Positions 11,108-32,022 of a stretch of 64,000 nucleotides of DNA are shown one piece after another. The position numbers and the translations under genes were made by a program. Source of the stretch: Sphagnum compactum (lineage: Eukaryota); the NCBI GenBank assembly GCA_965153455.1, contig OZ234494.1, positions 12,028,001 to 12,092,000 of the forward strand, written 5' to 3'. The notes under the pieces are model-generated. The model saw only the letters and a program-made list of their open reading frames with translations, had not been told where the DNA came from and ran no database searches. Position 1 is the stretch's first letter, and each line of letters starts with the position of its first letter.

Positions 11108-14100
11108 GTTTTGACTAATGTTGGGCCAATATCAAATTTTGAACATATTAGGTGACATTGGTATAAAATCTTTTATGAAATATTCACAACAACCTCCAAT
11201 TGGTATTGGATTTATTTGAAAGCTTTCATACGAACCAATAAGGTCTTAGGCTAATCTTTGGCTAAAACTTATGTGGTAGAGTTTATACTTGGTATTGAGA
11301 TTCATATAACCCTAATATTAAACTAATATTACATTACAAGTGTCAAGTCCATGTTAGTCATGTTAAGTATTGGTATGAGATTGGTATTGCTTCAGCTGCA
11401 TTAGTTTGATATGTTTTCTAATATCAATGTAGCAAAAATTGAGGTTGTGGTTTCTTTAATGACAACATAGGACTAACTCACCTAAACCACACTTAGGTCA
11501 CCAACAACTTTACAATTCATGACAATTCACCAAACAACATCATAAAACAAATCTCAACATCATACTCCAATGTTTCCCCACGGCAATGACTATTATCAAC
11601 ATAATATCAGAGGCTTAATCAATATTTGTAAATTATCGAGGAAACATGATAAGTTCTGCAAACTTGGTGGATTAGATCTCTCTAGACCACTCTCTTTAGG
11701 CTATTATTATCTCGCTTGGCGATCACTATTTACAGGGCTTTTTTTTTCAACCCATTTCACCCCAACAAATTCATTCATGAAATTTTGACAACATAGTTCT
11801 AGCCATAGACACTTCATAATGTGTTCCCTTATGCCCCAAATTAGTGCAACGTAACCTTCCCATAGTTCCCAATGTATGAATCTTTCTTCTTGAACAAATA
11901 AGTTTTGAATTTCCCATTCACATTCCATGACAATCCTTCAACGATGCCTTATTCAGACAAGCCTTCAAGTCCCTTATGGATTTTCATCATTTCCACCAAA
12001 CATACACATTTGTTCATGTTTTTTTGTTCTACAAATGTTTAATCTATTAATTCCATTGCACAACAGAAAAGAAAAATAGTTGGAAAGAACTAAGTTTTTT
12101 CTTGACCATGAACATTCTTCTCGACAATCTAATCAATAGTCAAATGTCCAGCATCTATTGCAACAACATTGTTAATCCCTAACTCCAAAGCAAAAGAAGT
12201 ACTTAACTCTTGAAACATTTAACCTTTTATCGCCTCCATTGTGCCCTCATGCTTGGATTCCGCCACCAACACCTCCGGCTAAGTCCACCATTGCCAAAAG
12301 ACCATCAAAAACATTAAACAAGAAATTGGTTCCTCCATCGTCTTGAAATTACTCTCACGATGCACACCACAAATTTTTCTAATGCCACTAACCTGCATCA
12401 AACAAACATTCACACTTTAGAAATAAAAAAGAAGAAAAATCCATCAACTATCCACTCCCTTGTTGCCTTTTGCTTTGAGTTGCACAATCCACTTTTCATC
12501 CGTTAAATATTCACTTCAGTGAACATCACATCCCACCCCAATTCATCTTACACTAGGACCAACACAAATCTACATGCCAAGGTTCCAACTTGGTACTTGC
12601 CCAACAACACTGGCCAAGACTAGCATTGGTATGTTATTGAGAGATTGAGATCGATTGGTTATCAACAAGAATCCAAAGGGTAGGTTATTAATAACCTACT
12701 TGTCACTGGTAGGATAATCTACCTTGCCTAGAATGTGTTTTGTAAAGACTTGACAATACCTTTATGAATGAGGTATCGTTTCGAATAAATAAGAAAATTG
12801 ACCTTGAGGTTTTTTGTATTCTATCCTATTAGGTTTTTAATTTCTCAACCCTACATGTTTTTTTAGCAATCACCCTTTTTGTTATCATGTTGGAACTCTG
12901 GATGCCCACGTTTGCCGGATAACATAGTCTATAATTTGTACTTTATTGGAACACATTGTTAAATGTGTAACCTCATTCTTGAAAATAAGGCCATTAAAAT
13001 AAAATTAAAATAAAATCCCCATCAAACATGCCTTACTTGGATAGTATAATTAGATTTTTTCAAGGCAAGTATTTGAAAGTCGACCCTTATGCATAAAAGT
13101 TAGTTATTATCAATGTTGTGTGGTTCTTAATTTTTAAAAGAACCTTTGATCCTGATTTTGATTCTTAAAAAATAATTGGAGGTTTTTTTAATGTGAGTTT
13201 GAGTCCAATTCTTTTCATTTTAAAACCTTGTAGTTTTGATTGACATATTTTTTCAAATTCAAGTGTAACCAAAAAGGAGGATGTCAATAAATATCTCATA
13301 ACAATAAACATTACACATCAATATGAATAATTCACACAACAATGTTGTTCCTCTTTTATTCAAGAGTTTGTTGAAACATGGTTTCCAACAATTTATTTCA
13401 CACCAACACACAACAAAGCTACTATCACTTACAAGTAGATAGACATATATTGATATGCCTTGATGACTATGACCAAAAAAATGGATCAAACTTTTTCCCA
13501 TTCACATCTCTTGTTTGTCGCTAGGTATCATCCCATAATCGAGCAAACCCAAACTCAAAAAATTAAAACCTTATTCTCTCCTCCATTGATAACAAGATTT
13601 CCACCCAAACCCAAAACACAACAATTCCCTTTCTTTATAGTTCACCACAAAACATAAACCCTAGCTCCATATGCTCAAATGTTGGACTTGTTAGGGAGTG
13701 AATTTTAAACGTTGTCGACAATTCCATTCTCTAGTCCTAGGTCAAGGAGAAGAATCAACACCTACATTCTATTCTACAATCTTCAACTTTACGTTTCCTC
13801 TGCAATGAAATAAGAAAATTTGGATATAATGCTTTCTTGTAGAATCGAGACAAAAAACAGACACAAGCCTAAAGATATGCACTTAGCTTCACTGAAGTCC
13901 TCTCCAAAACCTCCCCACTTAAATCTTGCATCGGCATTCCTTATCTCCATCTTCAATTGCTCCTTCTCCATTCAAAGCCTCTCCACACAAATCTTATTAG
14001 CCATCACACAAACTCAACAACAAATTAAGAACAAAAGATTCATCAAAGCAGTAACACCCCTCCCCTCATGCCAGTTGCTGCCATTGTTGTCAACTTCATG

Positions 14101-14580
14101 AAGAAAACAACCAAAAAATTAACTATCACATCCCCATGCTAAAAAGGTCTCAAAAACACAAAACCTTAAAGATGTTCTTCATTTCACATGACCCGTCTTT
14201 AGATCATGTAAGAACTGCTAGGCTTGGTTCAAAACCGAGTCTGCTTAATGTAAATATCACACATTCCCTTATGCCAAATATTGTCTTGATAAAAAGTTTT
14301 ATAACAAATTACAATTGAGGTTCATGCAGATATGAAGTTCAACAACTAATAAAAACCCTATTGATACTGATACCCTATGTGGAGCCCATACAAAAACCAA
14401 CCAGGCCGGTAATGAAAAAAGAAAGGATCGGTCAGTCTCTTGGCGGAGTGGAAGGGAAGGAGCTCTGCTGTGGTCAGTGAGGAGTGTCTTGTTTGTTTCT
14501 TTGTTTTTTTTTTTTTTGTAGGGTTTGGGTTTTTAGAACAGGGAACAGCGCTGCAGCGTTGCAATCTTCCGGTGGTGCAG

Positions 14581-17341
14581 ATGATGACCATGACTTTGTT
14601 GAACGCTTCGTCATCTGCTGCTGTTGGATGTTCTATTGTTGCTCCATCACTGCATTGTACTCAAGTGCTTTTGTCTCCTCCTCCTCTGCTGTGTGGAGGT
14701 CATAATGCCCATGGCATTCCCTCTCCTTCTAGAATTTTCCCCTGTATTGCATCTTTGCGGATAGGCAGGTCTGTGCTTGTTTCAACAAAGCTTTCAGTTG
14801 GCGCTTCTTGTACAAGCAACCGCCACAGACTCAGAAGGTAAAAGTGTTTTTGCTGTCCCTCCCCCCTCCATTGCTTGCTGTACTGTTTATGTGTCTACTT
14901 TGTTATCTTGGTCCTGTTCTCGTCTACTTGTTGTGAGTACAGCAACTTTACTGGAGATTGTGTAAGTTGCATCAATGGAAGCAGAAGAAGAAGTTTTGGT
15001 TGTTGTTGCTTCTGCTACAGTTGTTGAATTGTGGAACTGGTGGGTGTGTTACTTTTATTTTTCTTCCACTTCTTTTTAGGCTATTATTGCCTGTGTGTAC
15101 AGAAGAAGCAGTTGGATGCCTTCTTTTAATGTCACACAGGTGTTCAACTTTGTTGCTGAATTCCTCCCTGAATCAGAGACCAATTTCTTTTAGATATGAG
15201 TTTTACATAGTTTGCTGCCACATTATTATGACTAACTTAAGACACAGGTTTCAACTTTGCTGCCTTGATTAGGGTTTATCCTAAACCCTAAACCCAACCC
15301 TTTTCAACCTTGATGATATGGTTGATGATGCCTTCAACCAAGAAGAGTCAGTTGAAGAATGTGATTTTGTTGCTGTATTCATCCCTGAAGCAGCGACCAA
15401 TATCTTTTTAGATATGAGTTTTACACAGTTGCTGCCACATTATGACTAGGTTAAGACACAGGTTTCAACTTTGCTGCCTTGATTAGGGTTACCCTAAACC
15501 CTAAACCCAACCCTTTTCAACCTTGATGATATGCAGCAGAATGATTCTATTTACATTTTGTCTGGAATTTAGGGTAAACCGATAATGAAATCAGCACCCT
15601 GATATGCAAGTCAGATGTTTGGGATTTGACCTAGGCATAATGTGATATTCCTTAAGACTCAATAGTTGAGGGTGGACCCTGGAAAGAAGCAGGCACAATG
15701 TTCTCTCATAGGGTTTAGGGGTTTCGCTGATAGAAAGCAGGTGAGTTATGGTACATGAAATGGTATGAGGCAGATGGCATGAGCTCTTTGTCTTTGGTGA
15801 CATAGTCTGTTACTAGAGCTTGATTTCATTGTTTGTGTTTTTCTCACCACTGGCTTCAGGGCTAGTTTTTTAACTTCATTGGGTGTATCTATCGGTCTCT
15901 GGAAATGTGAGCAGGACAGCAAGGGAGTTTGCAGGAGGCCATCTGGAAGGTTCAGGTAACATACTATATGCCTGGCAGAAATGGACCCAGATACTTGCTT
16001 GCACTTTCCCAAGAACTCCTTTTCCTCAGGAGGCACGAATGGTATGAGTGCAGCTTACAAGTTGAAGAATTTCAAAATTCTCTTTATCATTGTCATCAAG
16101 CTCTCATCTCCAGTTGGTTTGTGTCTGAAATCTGGTTCCAACTGCACTTTTCACACAATATTATGCTTAAGTTTTTGTGGCCATTTTCTGTGAAGCTTCC
16201 CAGTGTTGCACATTGGATGCCCCTCTTTATGTGTTGCAACACTGTTGAACAGGGATCAGCAGATATAAGTCTGTGAAGAAAGTAATACAGGAGTTTGACA
16301 AGGATGATGACATTGTGGTGGTATGTGATATGGTTTATCTTTTCCCTTCCATTTTTTATCAAGCATCTCAAGAGCAGCATTATTCTCACAAACCAAGGGT
16401 CCAAGTAAAGAACACATTTTTGGATTGGAAACAGATAATATGTGATGTGAGGGATTTGCAATGTGTGCTTTTGAGAGATACTGACTACAATGAGTCAGTA
16501 CTCCAGAAAATATTGACACTTTGACTTTGTAGGATGGATGTTCTAATTCAATGTGTTGCGGAGATTAAACCTTCTTTGAAACCAGAAGTTGTAAATGCAG
16601 TTTGTCAACACAGAACTGAGTTTTAAGATGAAATCAGGAGGCCTTCAACTGTTAGGAAACAGATGCTAATGTGGCAATTCAGGGGCCAGCTAATGTGGCA
16701 TGCTACTTCAGGCTATTAGAAGAACTCTCATGAATTTTTGTGGATGGTGAATTGCAACGCAGAGTGGAGCCTGTCCAGAAATTAAATGTGGGGGTGGAGG
16801 AAGTATTGGCAGCAAAAGAAAGGGTCGGAAAGGGGTATGTTATGGTCTTGAAACTGACAACCATCAAAGGCTTCTTTCCAGAGATGGTTTAAATTAGAGG
16901 ACATTGCCTGGAAGTCGACCGAAACCAAACTGCAGAAATCATTACTACTGCATGTTAAGAATCACCAACTGTCCAATCTCCTAAACATAAGAACTGACCT
17001 CATATGTTTTATTTTTTGTGGTCTGCTTGCAGGGAAGAAAGGATCCAAGATTAGATGAGAAATATCCAACACTGTCATTTCTTGAAGCCCAAGAGCGAAT
17101 GATCAAGGAGTGTAACAGACAGGTCCTGGTTGATGCTGAGAATCTTCTTGCACAATCTAATAATAAGTTTGGGCTTGTTTTAGAAATTGCTGAAGAAGCT
17201 AATGAATACTTGCGCCATAATAAGGATGAGAGTTTGACCAGAAAGCCCATTTTGAAGGTGATTAGTGATCGGATTAATGAAGGTGCTGGAGAGCAATTGT
17301 CAGATGCATACATCGAGGATTTTGTCACATACAATGATTAG
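14581..17341 (+). CDS. PTAC7: PTAC7/PAP12-like plastid-encoded RNA polymerase-associated protein, spliced, with predicted transit peptide
   Basis: Phase-consistent GT-AG model: 14581-14837, optional 15860-15955, 16263-16320, 17033-17341. The N-terminus is Ser/Ala-rich and acid-poor. The last exon (LSFLEAQERMIKE...DAENLLAQSNNKFGLVLEIAEEANEYLRHNKDE...KPILKVISDRINE) resembles the PTAC7 core as I recall it. Middle exons are uncertain. Confidence 0.7.
15188..15533 (+). repeat. ~130-bp direct repeat pair in intron 1 containing telomere-like motifs
   Basis: 15188-15320 and 15406-15533 are nearly identical. Each contains TTAGGGTT followed closely by CCTAAACCCTAAACCC. Confidence 0.9.
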
Positions 17342-18802
17342 GGTATATAGTGGGGTAGAAGAGGTATGCACAGTTATACTTTAAAAGTTTATACGGTCAA
17401 GTTGCAGTTTGCTAGTGTACAGATTATGATAGGTTGCCTTGATTGGCATCTCAGTCAGTAACTCCACCTGAATTGCATGTGGCATGTAGTTGTTGACTTC
17501 TAGCATATCTTTTTGATGAAGAGGGAGACACAAGAAGATTAGGGCAGTAAACCCTAAACCCTAAACCCTTAAAAGTTTAGTTATTAACTTCTTTCGTTTA
17601 CTTGAATTCTATGAATACTGTCTTTAGGCCTAAAGATTTTTGGTTTAGCTACATAATTTAGAGTTCAAAAGTTCAAAACTTAGCCCTGTGTGGGGGATGA
17701 AACTGGACAGAATCTCTCTTCTCAGTGCTGTAAAGCACTCAGAGAAAATTTGTCAGCTGTGTGGAGGGCACCTTATATCCATGATTTTCCCTCCTAGAAA
17801 TTGGGAGGGATATAATGCCTCCTCAAGGGTGGGAGGGAAATTATGCCTACTTATAGGTCTAAGAACCCTGCCACTATTGAAGAGTAGGCATAATAACCCT
17901 CTGGTTTGTAAAACTTGTGATTTACAAATTTTGCCTTGTGCCTTATGATAGTAAAAGCCTATGGTTGGGGAACATTCCCAAAATTCAGGGTCATACTCAG
18001 CTATTGCCGCATCCTCCGACCCTTATTTTGAGAATGCCCCCACCATAGTGCTTTACCCTACACAAAAATTCTGGCAGATGCATAATCATCAATGAACATG
18101 GAGAGTGATGAAAATAGAAGGCCAACAAGTCCAAAACAAGTACTTATTTTTCTGCAGTCTCCTTTACTGGGTGGATGTACAATAATAACCAAAATAACTT
18201 GTACAGCCACTAAGGAAATCATTCAAAACAAGTCTCTGGGTTAATTACCCAAAGGAAAAGAGAACCCACAAAGAAGATGAGCCACCTAAGTCAGAAATTT
18301 GGATAAGCTTACATATCATTGAATAGGCACCTGTGTTATTGTCAACTGAAAGGTAGTGAGAACTGAGAACATGTCCACATGAAGTTACATCTTTGTGAGG
18401 AAGGTTCGCCCAATTTTTGAACATTTTTCATGCTCCAGAACCGCTTAATTAATCATACTCCGGCCTCTGTGGAGCACTGGCTGCTTTGCACAAAGGAATG
18501 GACTGAAAACCACAGGACATAAGCAGACATATTGTCCAGAATCTGTTCCATCCTAATCTGCCACATACATCTGACCTTAAAAAGAAAGGGATAATCCTCA
18601 GTGTGAAATACCAAGGCAAATCCCCCCAGGCCCAGGTGCTAACTAACTCAAAATGGACTAGTTGAGTCAATTGGAGGGAGCCTACAGGTTCAACAACTTG
18701 CCTGCCCCACTTCGTAGAGTTAGCAAACCATAGACAGGAAGCCTCCAGCCATCAAACCCTCAGCCCTAACCTTAGATCCAAAAGCATTTGTCTTGGCTGG
18801 AG

Positions 18803-28496
<9,694 letters not shown>

Positions 28497-28559
28497 GGAT
28501 TGTGCTTGCAGCAATTCAATTCGAACAGATCCTCTCTTTCTTTTTTCCCACAAAAAAAT

Positions 28560-28574
28560 ACACACACACACACA

Positions 28575-28605
<31 letters not shown>
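28560..28605. repeat. (CA)n(CT)n compound microsatellite upstream of the TBCD start codon
   Basis: Directly visible, about 65-110 bp upstream of the TBCD ATG. Confidence 0.95.
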
Positions 28606-28609
<4 letters not shown>

Positions 28610-28650
28610 CCTTCCTGTTGGTCTCGTTTCCTCTCTCGTTGCAATTGCAG

Positions 28651-29353
28651 TTAGAGAGGTCTTCTTCGTCGCCAGTGGCAACTGGGATATGTAGCAGAGT
28701 ACAAGCAAGTCCCACCAGCAGCAGAGACATTGCCTGTGTTCTATATTTTGGATGAAATACATCCTTCCAATGTGGTGCTTTTGGATGAAATAAAACCTTC
28801 AAATATTGTAATTTTGGATGAAGTACAACCTTCATATGAGTTCATCCAACCGTCACATATTCTAGTTTGGATGAAGTACAATCTTCAAATATTGTACTTT
28901 TGGATGAAGTACAACCTTCAAATGAGTTCATCCAACCCTCAGTTATTGTATTTTGGTGATTAGTAGGGTTAATTTCAATTAATTAATTGACCCTCCAAAA
29001 TCCTTTTTTGGTGATTAGGATGGTTAATCCTTCCATCTTTTTTTTTTTCATTTTTTTCTCAATTCTCTCTGTTTTTCTGTCTTCTTTTTGCTCTTGCTAT
29101 TTTTTTCATCTCTTTGTTTTTTTTTCCTTCCAAAGAGGATTTGTCTTATCCGCATTTAATCACATCCTTCTATCTTCTTTTTTCTTTTCACTATTTACTT
29201 TCCCTTTATTTTTATTGTTATTTTTCCTTCTTTTCTATTTTTCAACTAAGATGTGGTCACCTTTTTTTTTTTTCTAAAATCCTAATAGCCACCCTGATAA
29301 CCGTCGGGGGTCTGTTCCTATTTCTAATTAGCTGCCCGGCACTAGTAATTAGA
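28651..29353 (-). mobile_element. Non-autonomous Helitron-like element with an internal ~33-bp minisatellite
   Basis: The minus strand starts TCTAATTACTAG and ends with hairpin GTTGCCACTGGCGAC, 13 nt, then CTAA (CTRR). Tandem TTTTGGATGAAGTACAACCTTCAAAT units lie at 28742-28960. The flanks are not the canonical A/T. Confidence 0.5.
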
Positions 29354-32022
29354 GCATCTCCACCATCCATGTGACAATCTGGTTCAATTTTCTGATTTTT
29401 GACGCTTGACCGAATGTTTAAAAGAACCAAGGCCGGGCAGAAACATGAACAGAGCTGCTGTGGTTATCAGTGCCCTTCTAAGTTGCATGCACTGCAGCTC
29501 TGAAAGTTTCCGACAAGGTCAAATGACCGCTGTTTTATAGCTGCTGGTTCCTTGGGGGTTTTTGATATAACCGGAACTAGTGGTTCTTTCTTTCCTTCCT
29601 AAAAGCTCAAACCCATCATGATTTACAAAAAATTCTGAACTACAATGTAAAGGCAGGATTTCCAAACAAACTCAAACTAACATTTACTGAATTGAACTTA
29701 CCTCTAAAGAGAGGGGAGTCTGTTCACACTACCTCTAAATTAGACCCATGGTCTTTAGATGAGGATCCATGACGAAAAAGAGCTGAAAAGGTCTTTTGAA
29801 GATCATGATTTGAAGAACCAAGATGCAAGCTAGGGTCCAGCAAAAGGTCCAACTCAAGGATTCAATTTGCTTCAAGTGAGTCCAAATTGGTTTCTAGGAA
29901 TTTGGACCCTAGAACTCCATTGAAAGTGGGCAAGTGCTACTAAGTTTGAAATCTCAATTATCTAGGATAAAACTAGAAATCAGACTTTAACTAGGATTTA
30001 CCTTCAACCTACCTGCATCTTTTAAGATACCTGAAATGGCAAGGGGTCCTTAAGCTGTGGAAAGTCCCACTGATATTGCTCCACTTTGAATTGCAGAGGC
30101 TAGCATCATTTGGGGAGTTTATTGAAACCCACATTCTCATTTGGTGGAAACACTTTGAGGAGTGTTCACCACGTTCTTGTTGTCTGACTTCATGGCTTAT
30201 TCCCTATTTTAACTGTTGCTGGTTCTGCAATCCTACACATGTGTGTGTGAGTTCCTCTCTCTTCAGCAAGCAAGCAGGCAGTTTAGCACTGAGTCACACT
30301 TCAGAAACCTGTCATCTCTGGATCAAGCTCATAACCTAATAATCTTTAGCATAGATTCAGTTCCACATAACCTTCAGCTCAAAAGTCTTTGATGACCAGA
30401 GAGGAAGTTTTGCCATCCACAACTAGGGTAAAACTACTCATCACAAAACACATACTTATCACCAAACACTTTCCAATATTTCTCATTCATTAACCAAATT
30501 TGAGCAATTTCTGTGTCATGGACACAAATTCGAAGGCTACAAACGTTCATAAACACAGGAAGAAGATGAATGATAGTTTGCTTCAAAAGATTTGAAATAA
30601 TAACTCTAGACTTCTCTATAGTTGCAGTTCCCATATCTTCCTTGTTTTTAGTCTGTATTGAGTGGTATAAAACCTGATGGATGCACCAACTAGGGCTTTA
30701 CAGAACTTCTTTGTATTCCAAAGGCAAAGATGCAACAATCAAAGAATTCAAGCTTGAAATCCTAATCTGTTTAATTAAACCATCACTGAGCACTGAACCC
30801 CCTTACACCAAACACCACATATTGTCCCCACTCCTTTACCGAATTGAGGGTTACAAATGTTCTTTGAACTTCAGAAGCAGAGGAACAATGTGTCAGGATT
30901 CAACCTCAATTAAGTTCGCAAGTATTCGCTCATTGGCCTATCTACCATAAATCTAAACATATTCACAATGGGATGTCAACAGAGGACATCCAATTTCAAC
31001 AGCAGAAACCAAAGGGTGTACAACAGAGAGAAGCAGCTGATCACCAAAAATGCTAATCCCCAAGCAATTGAACAAGACTACAAACAGCTGCAAATTACCA
31101 AACACCAATCAGCAAGCAGTTGGAACAAAAGTACAAACAACTGCAACTTCAGACTGTCTACAAACCACCACACAAGTCATTTGAGCCCGCATTTTGCTAC
31201 AAGAGAGCTACAAGTGCAAGAAGCCAATGTGCCATCTCATGTGTCCCCAAATAACGCAAAAATGCCTTCAAGTAAAACTGCTTTTCAATTTGCTCCTCCA
31301 CAGTACAGCAAACAGAAATGTACAGCAAAAGCCAACTCATACTCTCTCAACCTGAAGAGTAAAATTAGAAAGCAAAGAAGATCAAAACTTGCACATTGAC
31401 AACCACAGAGAATGCTTGAAGTATTTACAAGCTCTAACAACATCTCCTTTTCCCTAAACTTGTGGAAAAAACTCAAAATGTCTGACACACTCAGATATCA
31501 AAAAGGTGCCGAGTACTTTCATACACAAGAGCCAGGAGAATGTTCTTGGACTCACACTACAAAAAAAGGAAGCTTCTGGCCTAGGAATGACTTGATTCTC
31601 ACTCTGACATAAAATAACATGTCAAACAATCATCTCCAGGAAAGCTTTCAGTCCCAGAGCCGTCTACCTTGTACATGTGCTAAGGGATGCTACAAAACTC
31701 CTAACCTACCATCTCAAACAATTTGCAATTTTTTTCCGCTTTTTCTCTTAATTTTTGGTTTTTTTTTTTTTTAGTTTTTTAGTTTTTTTGGTTTTCAGGA
31801 TGTAAAAACCAGACCAAATAGCACATGAACCAATCATTGCAAAACACCAATCATGCCATGCAAAAATTGCTTTCTGCAGTCTAGCTTATATATCATGGCA
31901 GGGATTTTCCAGAAAAGCTCCACAAATTGCTGTTTGAGGGGATTCTTAGTGACCTCGCATGGTTGCATTTTTGACCATAGTGAAAAAAGGGTGCAGATAC
32001 AAACTGGATTTCCAGCCAACAC

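Noticed and set aside
11116-12612. Intact hAT element with internal transposase
   Set aside because: The TIR-like ends are similar, but the flanking 8-mers match only 4/8 and I recognised no transposase motif inside.
15929-16276. 115-aa ORF as an independent gene or PTAC7 exon
   Set aside because: It has no ATG start and no recognisable motif, and its frame does not fit the phase-consistent splice model.
28742-28960. Regularly spaced TTTTGGATGAA repeats as a CRISPR array
   Set aside because: These are degenerate tandem units without unique spacers, in a eukaryotic context with no cas genes, i.e. a minisatellite.
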